A stretch of 64,000 nucleotides of DNA from Raillietiella orientalis (GCA_036172245.1 JAYWIR010000014.1:2542001-2606000); one strand, 5' to 3'; numbered from the stretch's first letter, positions 47,061-60,599 are shown. Program-made: numbers and translations. Notes: generated by a model from the sequence alone, not told the origin.

Positions 47061-48740
47061 GAAGCATGACGGGTTGCACGTACGGCGAGACAGAGGGTGA
47101 GTTATGCAGATGAGGAGGCGGCTGCGATGGCGCAGCGAGCGCTCCATTTCAACTGCTGCTGCTGCTTGATACGAGGGGTGCCCACGGCTCCGAGAAGGGG
47201 GAGGGGACGAAGCTGCAATCAGGATGCAGATGAGAGGAGCCGAGAGATCTTGGGATCTACGTCGGTATTGTGAAGAGAAGGACGCAAGTTCTACCCACTA
47301 CCAGACATTGGAAGCTGCGTCTCGACGAACACTGCGCTCACGGAACGCCGGGGACCCCTCAGGGCGTAGCGGCTAAGTCAAAGGGTAGGCGATGCAGAAG
47401 GCACGGGAGGAGAGCGGTTGAGCATATATGGACTCGCAAGAGCGGGGTGGGCCACTCAGCACCATCGGTCGCGGAAGGCGAGATGCTGTTTCTAAAAGAT
47501 GAAGGGAGGGAATATTCTGAAGAAAGGAACGGGGAACCATGAGTCGGGTCGCATGGGGCATGATTTCGACTCGTTCCTCTTTCCAGCCTTATGAACGCGG
47601 TCCCCTCTCGGAGAAGTTCTGACCAAGACCATCGTGCGGGGCGCGCGTGGAATGCCCCGCGGGAGCTGTCTGCGTGCTCCCGGCTCCCGAACGGCCAGCG
47701 CGCAATACCCCCGTCGGCACGGCCCCGTACATGACTGGACAAGCAATTCAGTTCCATGTAGCCCCCTGTCCGCGCCGTCAGACTCAGTGGCCCCTGGTGG
47801 GCAAGATTTCCCCCCTCAGGCGCGCGTGTTTGGCATAGGGTGGCGACGCCGCTGCCATAGAAAGGAACGCAGAAAACAGTAACGGCAACCAAAAAAAGGG
47901 AGAATTCTTCCGACGTTCGTGATTTGCGAGCGCGGGAAGAAGGAGGAGGAGAAGAAGAAAGCTGTCTCCCCGGGTGCAGATCTGCCCTCATTTCCGAATC
48001 CAAACGCGTCTCGCAGACCAAAAGCAGGTTACTAGGTAAAGCTCGCTTCTTAACGCAGGACGTGGAAACCGTACGACAAGTGCCGCAAGTCTCCCAAAGG
48101 GGCGCGTGCGGCGGCCGCTGGACTCAACGGGGAAATCAGAGAAGGGCTCCCCGTTAGCCCCTTGCTCCCTTTGGAGGATTTCCGGCTGCCGCTCCTTGTG
48201 TGTCTTCTAGCCGCTTTCGCAGCAGTTCTGGCCATCCTCAGGTCCTGCTTGAGAGCCTCTCCTCTCCCTCCCCCCGCTGGTTCCGGAAGATCCGTCCCTC
48301 TACCTTTAGGACGTGACGGGAGAGCGCGCCACATCCTAAAAGACCCTCCTCCAGCTGCTGACCGGCCAGGCTGGGTGCCTCCCTGATAGCGCCAGGAGGA
48401 ACGCTCTCCCGCCACGTCCCTTCCTCCCGGTTCTGGGATGCTGCTGCTGGGTATTGAGTCTCTGCCCGACTGCTACCCGGATGCTGCAACCGCACCGCGG
48501 AGATCGTCCTCCAGGAGGATCGCCTTTGAGGGAGACGCAAGGGGCTTCCCTCTCCTCGCCCTCTGAGCAAGAAGCAGTCCTCCCCCCCTCCCCTCTCCCG
48601 TTTCGCCAACCCTCCGATAAAAAAGGCACTCCTCCCTCCCTCCCCTGAGCCGCCCGGTGGTCCCTTGGGACGCACCGCCCGAGAGACCGTGCTGAGCTCA
48701 TGTCTAGACATGGCCACTATGGGGGTGCCCAAGAGGATAC

Positions 48741-48794
48741 TCTCGGGATAGGGAAAGGGGAAGGACACTCCCTTCCCCTTTCCCTATCCCGAGA
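48741..48794. repeat. Perfect 24-bp inverted repeat with a 6-nt loop
   Basis: tctcgggatagggaaaggggaagg-acactc-ccttcccctttccctatcccgaga; the arms are exact reverse complements. Confidence 0.95.
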
Positions 48795-51208
48795 TTCCAC
48801 TTCCTCCCTTTTCCCGGACCGGAAGCCGTACCTCGCCTCGTTACCCAGCATCCGCCCTCCATCCCTTCCCCCTTCCCTGTCGAGACGGAATAGCATGTGT
48901 CGCCGCTTTCCGTCCAACGGACAGCGCAATCCCAGAGCCGCTGGTAATTCACGTGAGACCCTGACGACGACGGGGAGAGGGCCCAACTTAGGGCAAGGGG
49001 AAGGGGAAGAGGTATGAAGCGGAGGACGCCGCAGTCACCTCGGACAGGAGGAAGGGGGGGAGCACTCGGTCGCGCCTTCATACAACCGGACAAGCTGATC
49101 CCGGGATCATCAGAGGCGCAGTCGGATGGGCCCGTCCGCCACAGAGTGGGGTGGGGAAAGTGCCGTGCCTTTCAGTTCGGCGGTGCACGCGCCCGCGATC
49201 CCCGTCCGCTCTCACCCTCGCCTGCCCTCCCACCCGCTCGTCCCGGAGTACTCACGCTGGAAAGCTTTCCCGGGCGGGTGCCCAGGGGCCGGAACCGTCA
49301 GGGAGGAAAGGGCTGGCGAAGCGGGAGCGCGCGTTTCCGGGAAGGGAAGCAGCAGCACTCCTCCTGCGCTCGATCCTCTCTTCATCCGAGGAGCGGTCCG
49401 CCGCAGCCTCCGCACGCTACGCCGGACGCGCGCACCTCCGAGTCGCTCCGTCTGGGTGGCGGGGGAGCACCAGCGCTCTCGCTCGGGCCAGCGCGGCCGC
49501 CTTCTTTCTCTCTCTCTCCTCCTCCTCCCCCCTTCTTTTCCCTTTTTTGTTCCTTTTTTTTTGTTGTTGTTCCTTTTTTTGCTTTTAGGCTTCTTTTTTT
49601 TTTTTATTGCTCGGGCATGCGCGCCACCGTTGCCGCCTTTCGCGGCAAAGGATGACGTCACCGATCGGGGAAACTGCCGCGAGGCTTTTCAGAGCGCGGT
49701 GCGTGCGTTTCACCCGTCCTTCGAGATGTGCGCGCCGCAGCTTCCCCGTCCCGTCTCTCCCTGCACCTCGGACGGGGGGCTCTGGACCTCCTCAGAGGCC
49801 GGAGAGGGCCCTGAGGTCAGACAGAGGTGGGAGGACGGGGCTTGCGCCAAGAGGGAAAGGCAGGGAAGGGGGGGACGCCTGCCTTCGTCCCTGGGGTCGC
49901 TCGTTCCTCTCAGAGTCTGTTCCCCCTCCCCTGTCGACCTTCCCTCAAGAGGGACACCCGGGGGGTCCTCTCCGCCAGGGACAACGGCGTAGGTGCCGCC
50001 GGGGGTCCCACCGATTCTCGGAGGAGGGAAGGGTTGCTGGTGCTGCTGCTGTTTACGCCCCCCTCCCCCTTTTTTTCCTCCTGCGTGAGTCACAGAGGCG
50101 CGCGCGCACGAGTGGCGAGGAGGGGGGGAAGGAGTCTGGTGCCGGGCGAGTCCAGGCCGCCGCGGAATCGTGGTGGCGCTCCGCCCGCCGAAAATTCCAG
50201 GGTGCGATCGTGAGCGGGGAGGCGCTGCCGTCTCCTGCCCTCCGGCGGAAGCGCCGCCCATCCTTCTTCCTAGCGGGGAGCCGGGGCGAACTTCCGGAGG
50301 GCGCAATTCCTCGAAGGAAGGGGGGTCGTCCGGAGGCAGCACCCCGGGAAGCCACGGAAACGCGCGAGGCGGACGGGAAGAGGAGGGAAGGGGAGGCCGG
50401 AAAGGACTGGATTAGCCCCGTCCCGGTCGCGGCCACAGGGACCGCGCACGTCGTCACCGCTTCCAGCGCCGTCTGCGCGCTCAAGGGGGCGCGACCAAGC
50501 GAACGATGGGGGTCGAGGTGGGTGGTGGCGGAGAGGGCATCTCCTTCCTGGGAGGGAGAGGTCCTCTCCACCCCCTTCTCTTCCTCGCCCTCTGTGCTTC
50601 CCCGTCTCCCTCCCCACTCCCTCTCGCGCCGCTCCCGCCGCCGTCTAACGGAAGAACCCCTGGGGTCGAGAGTCCTCCTCGACCCGGGGGGCCTTCTGGA
50701 GGCTGCGAGAGCTCTCCATCAGGATAGCGTCTCCCTCTTGGGTCCTTGGGGCCCCGCACAGCCGCCCTCTCCCCGCCTCCCCTCCCTCCTCTCCTCTTCC
50801 CGAGGCGCGCGCCTCGGGCCAATTCGCGCGGAGGGTTGCGCCTCCAAGTTGGCGAGGGTGAGCACCTGCTCTCCGCCCTGCCTTCTTCCCCTCCTTCGCG
50901 CATGACCCAGGACTAAGGAGTCTCTTGCGCCTCGAGGGTGCTCGCAGGGGGCAACCACCCCCAGCCGCACACAACAGCGCCTCCTAGCTGCATCTCTATG
51001 TCTCGACCGGTCGTGCGAAGAGGGCCATTCAAGCCGCAGGGGGGCACAGAGTTCGACTCAAAGTACACATGGGGGGGTTAAGGAGGAGCTCTTCGCCCTC
51101 CCCTCCCGCAACCCGGTCGAGGACCACCATCCGCTGTCCCCTTTTGCTCCCGAGCGGTGTCACTTCCGAAGGGAACGCGCGGCGATGGCAGTGCCCTTTC
51201 TGCGGGAA

Positions 51209-51251
51209 CAACGAAAGAGAGACAGGGCACGGGTCTGTCTCTCTTTTGTTG
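51209..51251. repeat. 17-bp inverted repeat (16/17 match) with a 9-nt loop
   Basis: caacgaaagagagacag-ggcacgggt-ctgtctctcttttgttg; the single mismatch is G/T. Confidence 0.85.
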
Positions 51252-53999
51252 CCCAGGGATGTCCATGGCCTGTCTCCCGTGCCCCAGGGATGGGCCGCAG
51301 AGGCATTTTGAGGATTCGAGGATGCCACAGGGCACTGCGCTCGAAAGTGAGCGAGCAGAAGGTGCGGCAGAGGGACGCCAGGTTGCGGGATAGGGGGGGG
51401 TAGGGAGGATGGGGTCCGTAGCCGCGGCGACCGGACGGACTCGCGCGTCTCCCGGAAGTCTCCTTGACTCGTCCTTCCCCGCTCCCCCCGGATACGGGAA
51501 ATAGAGGAGCACCTCTGCCTTTCCCCGCGAGGTGCACGTCCCCCGAGGACCCTGCTTCCAGCGGCCTCCGTTGCTAAGGTTCTGCTTCTTGCTGGCGGCA
51601 TCCCGCCAGCTCGCGCCATCACCTGTCCGTCAGGAGAGCCAGCTGGCACCCTCCAGCGCAGACCCCGTCGCCACAGCAACTCCCAGCCTCGCGAGCCCCC
51701 GTTGGGCGAGACTTCGCTCAATGCCCTGAGGGAGGGCGGAGAGGGCAGACTGACTTGCCCCTCCCCCTGGGAGTGGTCTGAGTCCCGCAGGGGGCGCCTC
51801 GACCGCCGCGGATGGGAGTCCCAACCACGGGCCGCCAGGACTCGAAGTGCGCCTCCGTCCCCAGATGCTCCTCTTCCTGCCTGTCAGCGCCCTCCGTCAC
51901 CGACCATGTAAGAGCGCAGGTTAAGCAGGAGATAAGAGGGGACCCCTCCCGTCCGCGGGCCTGGTGCGTCTCGGCGTCTTCGGATGCAGTCAGGTAGCTC
52001 CCCTGGGAGAGGCGTAGTCACCTCGGCCGGAGAGCGTTACAGAGGGAGAAAAAGGGGGGAGAGGTGACCACCCGCCGCCCTCGCCTGCCCCTATGGACGC
52101 TCGTACGGCGCGACCTTCGGTCAAGTCCGAGCGGAGGCTCTCGGAGCGACCTCCGACCTGGGACGTTCTTCCCAGAGGCTTCTTCTGGACGAGCAGGCCT
52201 CGCCCTCCGGAACGACCTCCAGTCGCAGGGCGCGCCCCTCCATGCCCCTCGAGCTCGCTGCATGCGAACTCGGCGGAGAAACTACCAGGGAGACGGCGGT
52301 GAGTCTGGGGCTCTTTGGGCTACCCTACCATATCTCCTGAGGTAGAGGGAGCCAAGTGCCTGCGGCAAAGACGGAGCAGGAAGAGGTAGGCTGAGCAGAG
52401 GCAGCCGGGAATCGAGAGGGTGGGAGGCAGGATGGCCCAAAGATGGTCCTCCTCTGGACACTTCCTCTCCAAAGGTGAAGAAAGGGCAAGGAGAGGAGGA
52501 AGTGAAAGGGAGGATTCTGGGCAGGGCTTGGGGACGATCCGTATAGGTGGGTGGGTGGGCAGGTGGACAGTGGCGAGAAGGAGGACGGTGGTAGCAGTGG
52601 GATCCTCCCGCGATCTTCTCATTATCGAGGGACCGTGCAGGGATGGGGACGGGGAGCAGTGCAACATGCGGAAGGGGAAGGGGAGGAGAGGCCTCTGGTG
52701 AGCGAGAGGTGGGAATGAGGGGATGGGGAAGGGGATGGGGGGAACGCGTCCCTCCCTGATCAGTAGGAGGGTGGCGTGCTGTTCCCCCCTTCCCCCTTCA
52801 GGGTGAAAATTCCCGTGCGCCGTGAGCAGCTCGAGGAAGCGAGAGAGGGTGGGGAGGGTAGGAGGAAAAAGGGGGGGACGGGGAGGACGATTCGAATGTG
52901 CTCCGCAGTGCTCCTCACGAGTCTCCACGGAGGGATCGTTACCGCGCGTTTCTAGGGAAATGTACCCGGAGAGAGGAGAAAGAGAGATTAAGAGATTGTT
53001 CCCGAAAGAGGTGCAGGAATGTTCCTGTCCGTCCGTGTTCCTGCAATGCCCTCTTTCGGGCACTGCAGGAACACGCCCTGCGGGTTCGACCTCCCAGTTC
53101 GTCCCGAGGAGGGATATGACCATCTCCTGGGGGGAGAGAGTGGTGGACTGGGAGAGTTGAACGGGATCCGGGGAAGGGGAGAGGGGGGAAACTGCGTCCG
53201 CGGCGGAAAGTGAAGACGCGTGCCTTGAGGATGCACGACCTCTACGAGTGGAGTGGAGGGACGAGGGAGCCATATCCCTTTCCACGGTGAACTGAATGCT
53301 ACCGTCTCCCTGGTGACGGTGTCCAAGAAGTGAATTGCACTTCGAACCATGACGAAGCAAACAGGAAAAAAAAAACGGCCAGCAAACTTCCGTAACTTGG
53401 GGAAGGAGGGGGGGGGGGACACAGCACACAAACACAGACAAGAAAACCTGCAGGGAGGAGACGGTTCCGCGGGAGTTCATAAGAACAACCCGAGATGGTG
53501 CTGTTGGTCGATATCGTTGATGTCATCTTGTACGTAATGAGCGCGAATCCAAAACGAATGCAGCGCGAATACATGTTGGACATTCTGGCCGGTAGACCGG
53601 GAAACGCTCTCCGTAGAGAAGCCAAGGGAGGAGGGGGGAAGCCTGTAGCAAGCTAAGCCGGGAGAAAGCATTTCTCACCCCTCAAATCCGATGCCCGACC
53701 AGCCCAACGATGGACGTTGCGAAGCCGGAAGCAGGAAGTTAGCGCGTCGGTTCTCCCGTCGTCAAGCACGTATGCTCTCTGCATGACGTTGCAGGCGTTC
53801 CGCTCGAGAGAGCCACCCGGGAGAGCGAGGGCTAGTCTCCAGGATCAGGTGATCCGGGGCAACCGGCTTCCTCCCGAGTTCCGCAGCTCCTCTGGAACTT
53901 CCTGTTTCCGTATCCACGGAAGCGCGCGTGCCCCTCGGTGGCAGCCCGAATAACGAGATGCCGAGACGGCACCCTTGCGGGTCTCCCATCGCTTGGCAC

Positions 54000-54490
54000 A
54001 CGCGTACAAATACGTCATGTGCGTAAACGTATAACTGCATACCGCTATACGGGCAAAAAAAACATGCATATGAGTGCGAAGTGTGTGAGCTCCTTAGTCA
54101 TCAGCCCTCATGAAAACACAAATGCGCCTGTGTACGCTTTTTTGCGCTTTGTGCTTATTTTGCACATGTGCACAGATGCAACACATATATGTGCTACGTG
54201 AGCACAAACATACGTAAGCATGCACATTCGTATGCACTTGGGAATCTCAAAATACAACGGGAATTTTTGCACGTACATCCTACGTGCATGTTATGTATAT
54301 GAAATCACGTGGACATAGGTCCGCATACTCACAAGAGCGTAAGGACACGTTATGCATGTGTATGTGCATGTATGTATAGATGCATAAGGACACAAGACTA
54401 TGCACCTTACACACTTGAGTGTGCTTCAAGAGTGTGTGCATTTCCGACATGCTCAAGATGGACCCCTGCGAGTCTGCGCACGCGTGCCCG
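54000..54490. repeat. Degenerate alternating purine-pyrimidine (CA/TG/TA/CG) low-complexity tract
   Basis: Examples: tgcacatgtgcaca, cacatatatgtg and tatgcatgtgtatgtgcatgtatgtata. Confidence 0.65.
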
Positions 54491-56964
54491 TCCAGTTTGC
54501 AAACGCTTGCAGTCCGCTCATTCCGCTCTGACCAAGAGAGAGCTCTCGTGTTCTCTTCAGCCCCATCGTCGCTGAGGATTTTCTCGAGTCTTCAGGCGTC
54601 GCCAGTCACTGGGGTAACTGCAGGCAACCTCCACGTGTAGCAGGGACTGCTGAAGAGAGAAAAAGCTTCGCGCGGAAGGAGAGCGATGGTTTCTTTTATG
54701 AGCAAACGGGTGCGCCATGTCCCACCTGAAATTTCATGGCGGCGCTCGATAGGGATCACGGGTCCGTTACCACAGAACGCGAGGGTGATGACAAGGTCGT
54801 CCGCAAGACGTCGCGCAAGGATGAGACTCTTAGGGCGCGCGCCTCGCCAAAGTGCAGGTCTTTCATCCCGAGGGACTCTTCAGAAAGTGGCTGTTAACAT
54901 CCAAATGCCATCAGGGCTTATCATAATGAACCGAATGCTCCTACGCAGCTGATCAGGAATTTCCTTTCTTGCGCACGCGCGTGCAGCAGATTCCCTTCAA
55001 AATTTCTCTTGACGTGGCCATTTTTCGCTCTTGATTGCAGCTTGGGAGGCGTAATGATCATCGTCTTGCGCAACAAGAGCCATCTATCTTGATTGCTGGA
55101 ACATATCTCTACGCAATAATAATTGCAAGGTTGGTAGTTCCGGCGAGCTTCTTTTCCTTCGGAAACTCTCCCATTAGGCAGCACCGAATGCGTACACCGC
55201 CATCTATTCGGTTTGGGAATAACCATTCGCGTGGTGACCGTTGCTGCGCATAAACTGTCCGGTGTTCCCGTGTCAACGCGTCGTACGAGGTACAAAGTCC
55301 AAGATAATCAAAGGCACCGCTTGCATTTATCGGTGTACAAACAGACAAACTCGCATCGACAGATCTCCATATTTGTCGATGAGAACGCCGATAACGTGAG
55401 CACATTGCCGCACGTTGCCGTTTCCGCATTGCATTCGCGAGGGCTGTTACGTCACGCGCGTAAAATAATACGGTGCGCCATGCCATCTCGCTAGCGTTGC
55501 GCACGTACGAATTATGGGAAATGCGCACTCATTATCTCTGCATTCACGTGACGTTGCAAAGAAATTACTCGAGACTGTGATCCACGTCTGCGGACGATCA
55601 CACGTCTTGCCGACGGAGCTGCGATGTTGCGATGCTTTCGCACCAGATACCAGTCGTTTCTGGTTCCAGGAAATCCCACCAAAAAACAAAAAAAAGAGAG
55701 AAAGAAAAAAAATGGAAGTTACAAATCAGACAGCAACAAAAAGTTGCTCATGGGTTGTGGCTGTTGCGCGTAAGAATCAATGCACGGTCGCGTTGTACGG
55801 CGCCTTAAATGAAATACGAAATAACCAACGGAAATTCGTGATGGCACGAACTTTCAAGGTCACTTTCCTGATGTCTCTCTGGAACGGAACCTGACGCTTA
55901 ACCTACCACCCCTGAACAGGTGGGATTGCCAGTGCGGGGTCCGCTGCAGCTCCCCGTGTTGTGCTCTTTCTGTGAACGCCTTCGAAATATTTCAACATCT
56001 TTTTGTGTGTACTAAAAGTAATGTCTGACCAGAATCTTCACGATGGGGCAAAGTGAATGCTGCGTGGGAATCAAAGGACAACGGTCAGATGCTGGGCAGC
56101 CAGAAAAAAAACAACTGCGCATTCTTCAGGTGCGCGGTCGAGGAATAAAAAAAACTCTGCAACACCGAAAGGCAAGAAGGAAGGAAGGAAGGAAGGAAGA
56201 AGAGAGAGACAAGCAGGAAAAGCTCCTCCTATCTGTCTCTGCCACGATGATCCATTGCGGTGAACAGCGCCAACGGGAATCTGGACAAATCGCGAAGACG
56301 GCATCGCCCGGTTTTCCTCGCCTTGCAGACTTTCAAGGTCGCGCACAGGTCGCAACCGCCGCCGAGCAGAAGAGAGGCTTTCGCAAGAATTTTCTGCGCC
56401 GCTCCGGGCCCTTCCGAGGGTCGGCATCCACGACATCAGACACGTTCTGGGAGGACATTCCCGGAGATTCCTACAAGGCAACGGCGGCACCGCTGCGGCA
56501 GCGGAGGAGCCACGCGCGCTGCGCGGCGTCTGGCGAACTCAGAGGTTGACCAGTCCCCACACCGTTCTTATCTCCTTCCCCCTCTCTGTCCAGCCTCTTC
56601 CTCCCGTCGCGGCTTCCGGCGGGCGCTGTCGCTCTCCGTGAAGAGCCTCTCACGTGCTGCCCCCTCGTCGGGAAACGCGTTTTTCTGATGTTTTTTTTTT
56701 TTGCTTTGTTGATGTGCCTCCCACTCATGTGTGGCCCCTCCCCTCCCGGCGGCGTTCATCATGCTTCTCATCCTCGTAGCTTCAGGAAAGGGGGAGGAAA
56801 AGGAAGAAGGGGGCGGGGAGAGGAAGCGGGGGCTCTGTGCGGCGGCCCCCGTGGCGGGAGGTCGCCAGCAGCACCGAGCTGTCCCCGCGCCGCGAAACGG
56901 CCCGTGTGCAGGCGCAAGCGTGTCCCAGGAGACTCGAAGCCGCTCCGCTGGTCCACACGTGCTA

Positions 56965-57268
56965 CCCTCCTCCCTTCTTCCTCTCTCTCCTCTTTTTCTC
57001 CATCCTCCTCTCTTCCTCTTCCTCCTTTCTTTCCTTTCTCCTCCTTTCCTCTATCCTCCTCCTCCCTTCCTCTTCCTCTCTTCCTTCCCCCTTTCCTCTC
57101 TCTTCTCTTCCTTCTCTTTCCTTCCTCCTCCTCTCTTCCTCTTCCTCCCTTCCTTTCTACTCCTTTCCTCCCTCCCCTTCCTTCCTCCATTACCCCTTCC
57201 TCCTCCTTCTCCTGCCGCCCTCCCCCCCTCCTGCTCCCATCCACCGCGTGGGCACCTCGAGTTCCTCC
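56965..57268. repeat. Left arm of a long inverted repeat (polypyrimidine tract plus a unique core)
   Basis: Reverse complement of 59339-59680. High identity over about 57085-57268, including the non-repetitive core cctgctcccatccaccgcgtgggcacc. Confidence 0.85.
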
Positions 57269-59338
57269 TTTACCCCTTTCTCCGGGTACCGAGACGGGGG
57301 CAGCAAGGCCCCCGGTCCCGTTCCACGCCGGTCCCGCGTACATTGGCCAGCACCAACGGGTGCCGTCTGCGCGCTCCTGCTAGCGCACCCCCTCCAATGC
57401 TCCGGAGCGGCGGGAGGCGGAGAAGGGAGAGTCCGCGAGAGGACGTGCGGGCTAGGACTCCGGCGAATGGGGGGGCTGACCTTGAGGGGTTGCTCATGAA
57501 CGGATGGACGACTCCGGCAGCAAACCCGCTTCCGAGTTTTCTTCTGTGGGGAACGAGGGAAGGGGAGGGGAGGAAGAAGGGTCGTTCCTCTTCGCTTCCC
57601 TAGAAGCCCTCCCGTTCGCACGGAAGGGACGTCGGCGTTCCTTCCGAGACGAGGAGGATCCGGAGAGGGCCGCCTCCCTGATTCGTGTCCGCGGTGCCGC
57701 GCCCCGCTCAGCGGTGGGAGTCCCGGTTCCTCCCGATCGCGGCCCGTTTCTCCCCCGATGCCGGCCGCTCCGGAGCTTTGACGGAGCGAGTTCTCGTGCT
57801 TACGCGGACACACAAATCGGGCGAGGGAGCTTCCCGGGGAGCAGGAGTTTCGGGAGTCCGGCGGCAGTGCCGCCGCATGACGGGAAAACTAGTCGGTAGT
57901 CGTGCGCGTGACCATCGGCTCCGCATCCCCAGTCAGGTCGCACCCACGACAGTGCCCAAGAGGAAGACTCGGGGGAGCATCCAAGGTTCCAGACTTCCAG
58001 GCGGTGTGCGTGCCCCGGTGGGGTGGGTGGTGGGGAGGTGGAGAAGCTCGTCGCGCGCTTCGGTACGGCTCGATGGCTGGCCAGACGGTCCGCGTGGGAG
58101 GGAAGGCCCCGATCACCCCGTCCATCCCTCGATTCTTCCTCTCCCCACGGAGCTCTCTGGAGCGATCTTTCTCGGGAGGACCGACTGGGTGGCCTCCTGC
58201 TCGACGTCGGAATTGATTTGTTCCTCGGTCGGCCGGAGGCGACCTTCCCGGTGACCTCCTAAGGCGAACGACCCCGTCGAGCTTGAAGGCGGCAGCCACG
58301 CTGCCCTTCACGGGACGGAGGCCACTGTTTCAACCCCTGCCAGCTACGACGACCTCGGCGTCGGCATCCCGGCCGGCGTCGACCAGCCCCTCTGTCAGGT
58401 GGCAGGCAGGACGACTTTCCTCGGGAGGGTGCGCGGCCGACTCCTGGAACTCTTCCTACGCGCGAGGTGCGTGAATCCGTGCTTGTGTTCGCACCCCACG
58501 CACGCAGGAGCGAAAGTTTGCGCGCAGCGGTCCCGTCAGCTTCCACCAGGAGGGCTCTCGGCCCGAGCGCTTCCGCGGGGAAGGGAGAAATAGGGAGCTA
58601 CACAGGAACCGTTCCCGTTGCAGCAGCTGGAAGAACCTCGGAAGCTGAGCCGTAGGTTCTAGTGTCCCCACTTTTTCAGGGCCGCGAGTGACCCAGGGAG
58701 GCTGAGCCTGCATGCTCCAGAGCGGTGAAGGAAAAGATCCCTCTTGTCCCTCTCGAAACTCTCGACGGGGGAGCTGAAAGACCGCCGAGATGGCGCCTGC
58801 ACCTCTGAGCGAGTGCCCGCCCCTGACTGAGTCTGGCAGGAAACCGCAGGGCGAGGTCCTCCACCCATCCCTGCCGGAAGGTCTGGCGGAAGGAAGGCTG
58901 AACGCCAGGGACAATGCCGGGGTCGAATTGGGCCCGGTCCAGGACGGTGAACCCGGGAGCGGTCTCCCCGAGCGTGCTGCCTGGGTGATCGTCGCAGGGT
59001 GATCTAGGGAGCTTGAGGGACGTGTGACCCGGGAGGACGAGGGCAAGTCGACCGCGAGCAGCCGTGCGGAAGGAGACCCGGAAGTCCTCGTCCTGCCGCT
59101 GCCGTGCACGAGTGCTGCGGGAGGTCGTCTATGGCTTCCGGAAACTTCCGCCAAAACGAACCGTGCGACGTAGGACATCGCTCCGCCACTGCATTCGTTG
59201 GAGGAGCGACCGGTTATACAGTCGGGCTCCGAGAGGGCTGCAGCCCTCCTCCGCTAGCGGGACCTCGGCCTGCCAACGACCGCGCGCGCACGCGGCTCGA
59301 CGGACCGCAGGAGCGACCGGCGAGAACGAAGTGGGAGT

Positions 59339-59680
59339 GGAGGAACTCGAGGTAGAGGTGGTGCCCACGCGGTGGATGGGAGCAGGAGGGGAGGAGGGCG
59401 GCAGGAGAAGGAGGAGGAAGGGGTGATGGAGGAAGGAAGGGGGAGGGAGGAAAGGAGTAGAAAGGAAGGGAGGAAGAGGAAGAGAGGAGGAGGAAGGGAA
59501 GAGAGGGAAGAGAGGAGAGGGGAAAGGGTGGAGGAAGGGAGGAGGAAGAGAGGAGGAAGAGAGGAAGAGGAAGGTAGGAGAAGGGTAAAGGAAAGGAGGA
59601 GGAGAGAAAGGAGGAAGAGAAGGGGAAGGAGGAAGAGAGAAGGATAGAAAAAGGGAGGAGGATGGAGGGGAAGAGGAAGA
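59339..59680. repeat. Right arm of a long inverted repeat (unique core plus a polypurine tract)
   Basis: ggaggaactcgag[gtagaggtg]gtgcccacgcggtggatgggagcagg...aaaggagtagaaagg... matches the left arm with a 9-nt insertion and mostly A/G differences. Confidence 0.85.
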
Positions 59681-60599
59681 GGCGAGTATAGGGAACTTTC
59701 TGGTAGTGCCTCCCCCAAGAAATCTTCCTCAGGGAGACCAGATGCACGAGCTGCTCCCGCTCACATTCGGCGCAGCCACGACAAGCTCAGCTAGTGTTGG
59801 GCGAGGTAGACATGTTGGCTGGGGGTAGTCATCGCGTGCGTGCCGCCACCGCGACTCCCCGTTAGGCGTCGCAGTTGGTGTAGCCGTTCTTTCCGGCGGA
59901 CCTCCTTTCAGTGATCCTCGTGATATGTGCACGGTAGGGATGGTGAGCACGTAGAGGGATTCTAAGAAGTCACGCGACTCCATTCTATTTTAGTGGAACG
60001 GAATGCTCAGTGCTGTGAAGGAGTCGTCATGCACGCCGCTGCCGGTAGCTTGGGATCCACGTGGCAGCAGAGGTTGGATTCTGCGGAAGAACTCCCTCCC
60101 GCCCTTTTCTTTCCTGCGAACCCTAAGCATTTCGTCGCTGCTGGCCGGTGGCCACGGTGCCTTATGAGCGTGTGACCCACGCACACCCTGGTGGCCGGCT
60201 CGATGAAATTGGTAGAGACCTCAGTGGCGCCCCCCCTGATCACCCTGCTTGCTTAGGGCGATCCCTCCAGCCGAGGAGCGTTCCCTCTCGCAAGATCTTT
60301 CGCGTGCTTGGAGTCCCACGCTTCTTCCCCTTGTGCTGCTGCTGCTGCTGGGAGGGTTTCTTTCCTCAGACCTTCTTCCCGGCATTTGTGCTCGGAGTGC
60401 TTCTTCCCGGGTCCTGCTCACGTGAGCCGGCCGGAGGGCATCGAGGGGCGTGCAGACCTCCGCGAGCCAACCTTGTGGTAGCCACAATTCGCATTCCCCG
60501 TCCGACCCGTCCAGAAACGTAGCGGCAGCAACGTCAACGTAGATCTGAAGCGCCGTTGGGACTTGCAGTGAACCCGCAGCTTCCTTCTTCCTCTCCCAG

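Noticed and set aside
49126..53480. Long ORFs of 288, 432 and 386 aa
   Set aside because: No domain motifs and no consistent codon bias; composition mirrors local G/C and purine tracts, and ORFs overlap in several frames on both strands.
53495..53655. Short protein-like ORF MVLLVDIVDVILYVMSANPKRMQREYMLDILAGR...
   Set aside because: Under 60 aa, with no recognisable homology or splice context.
56688..59747. Ser/Pro/Leu/Phe-rich and Glu/Arg/Gly-rich ORFs
   Set aside because: These are translations of the polypyrimidine/polypurine inverted-repeat arms.
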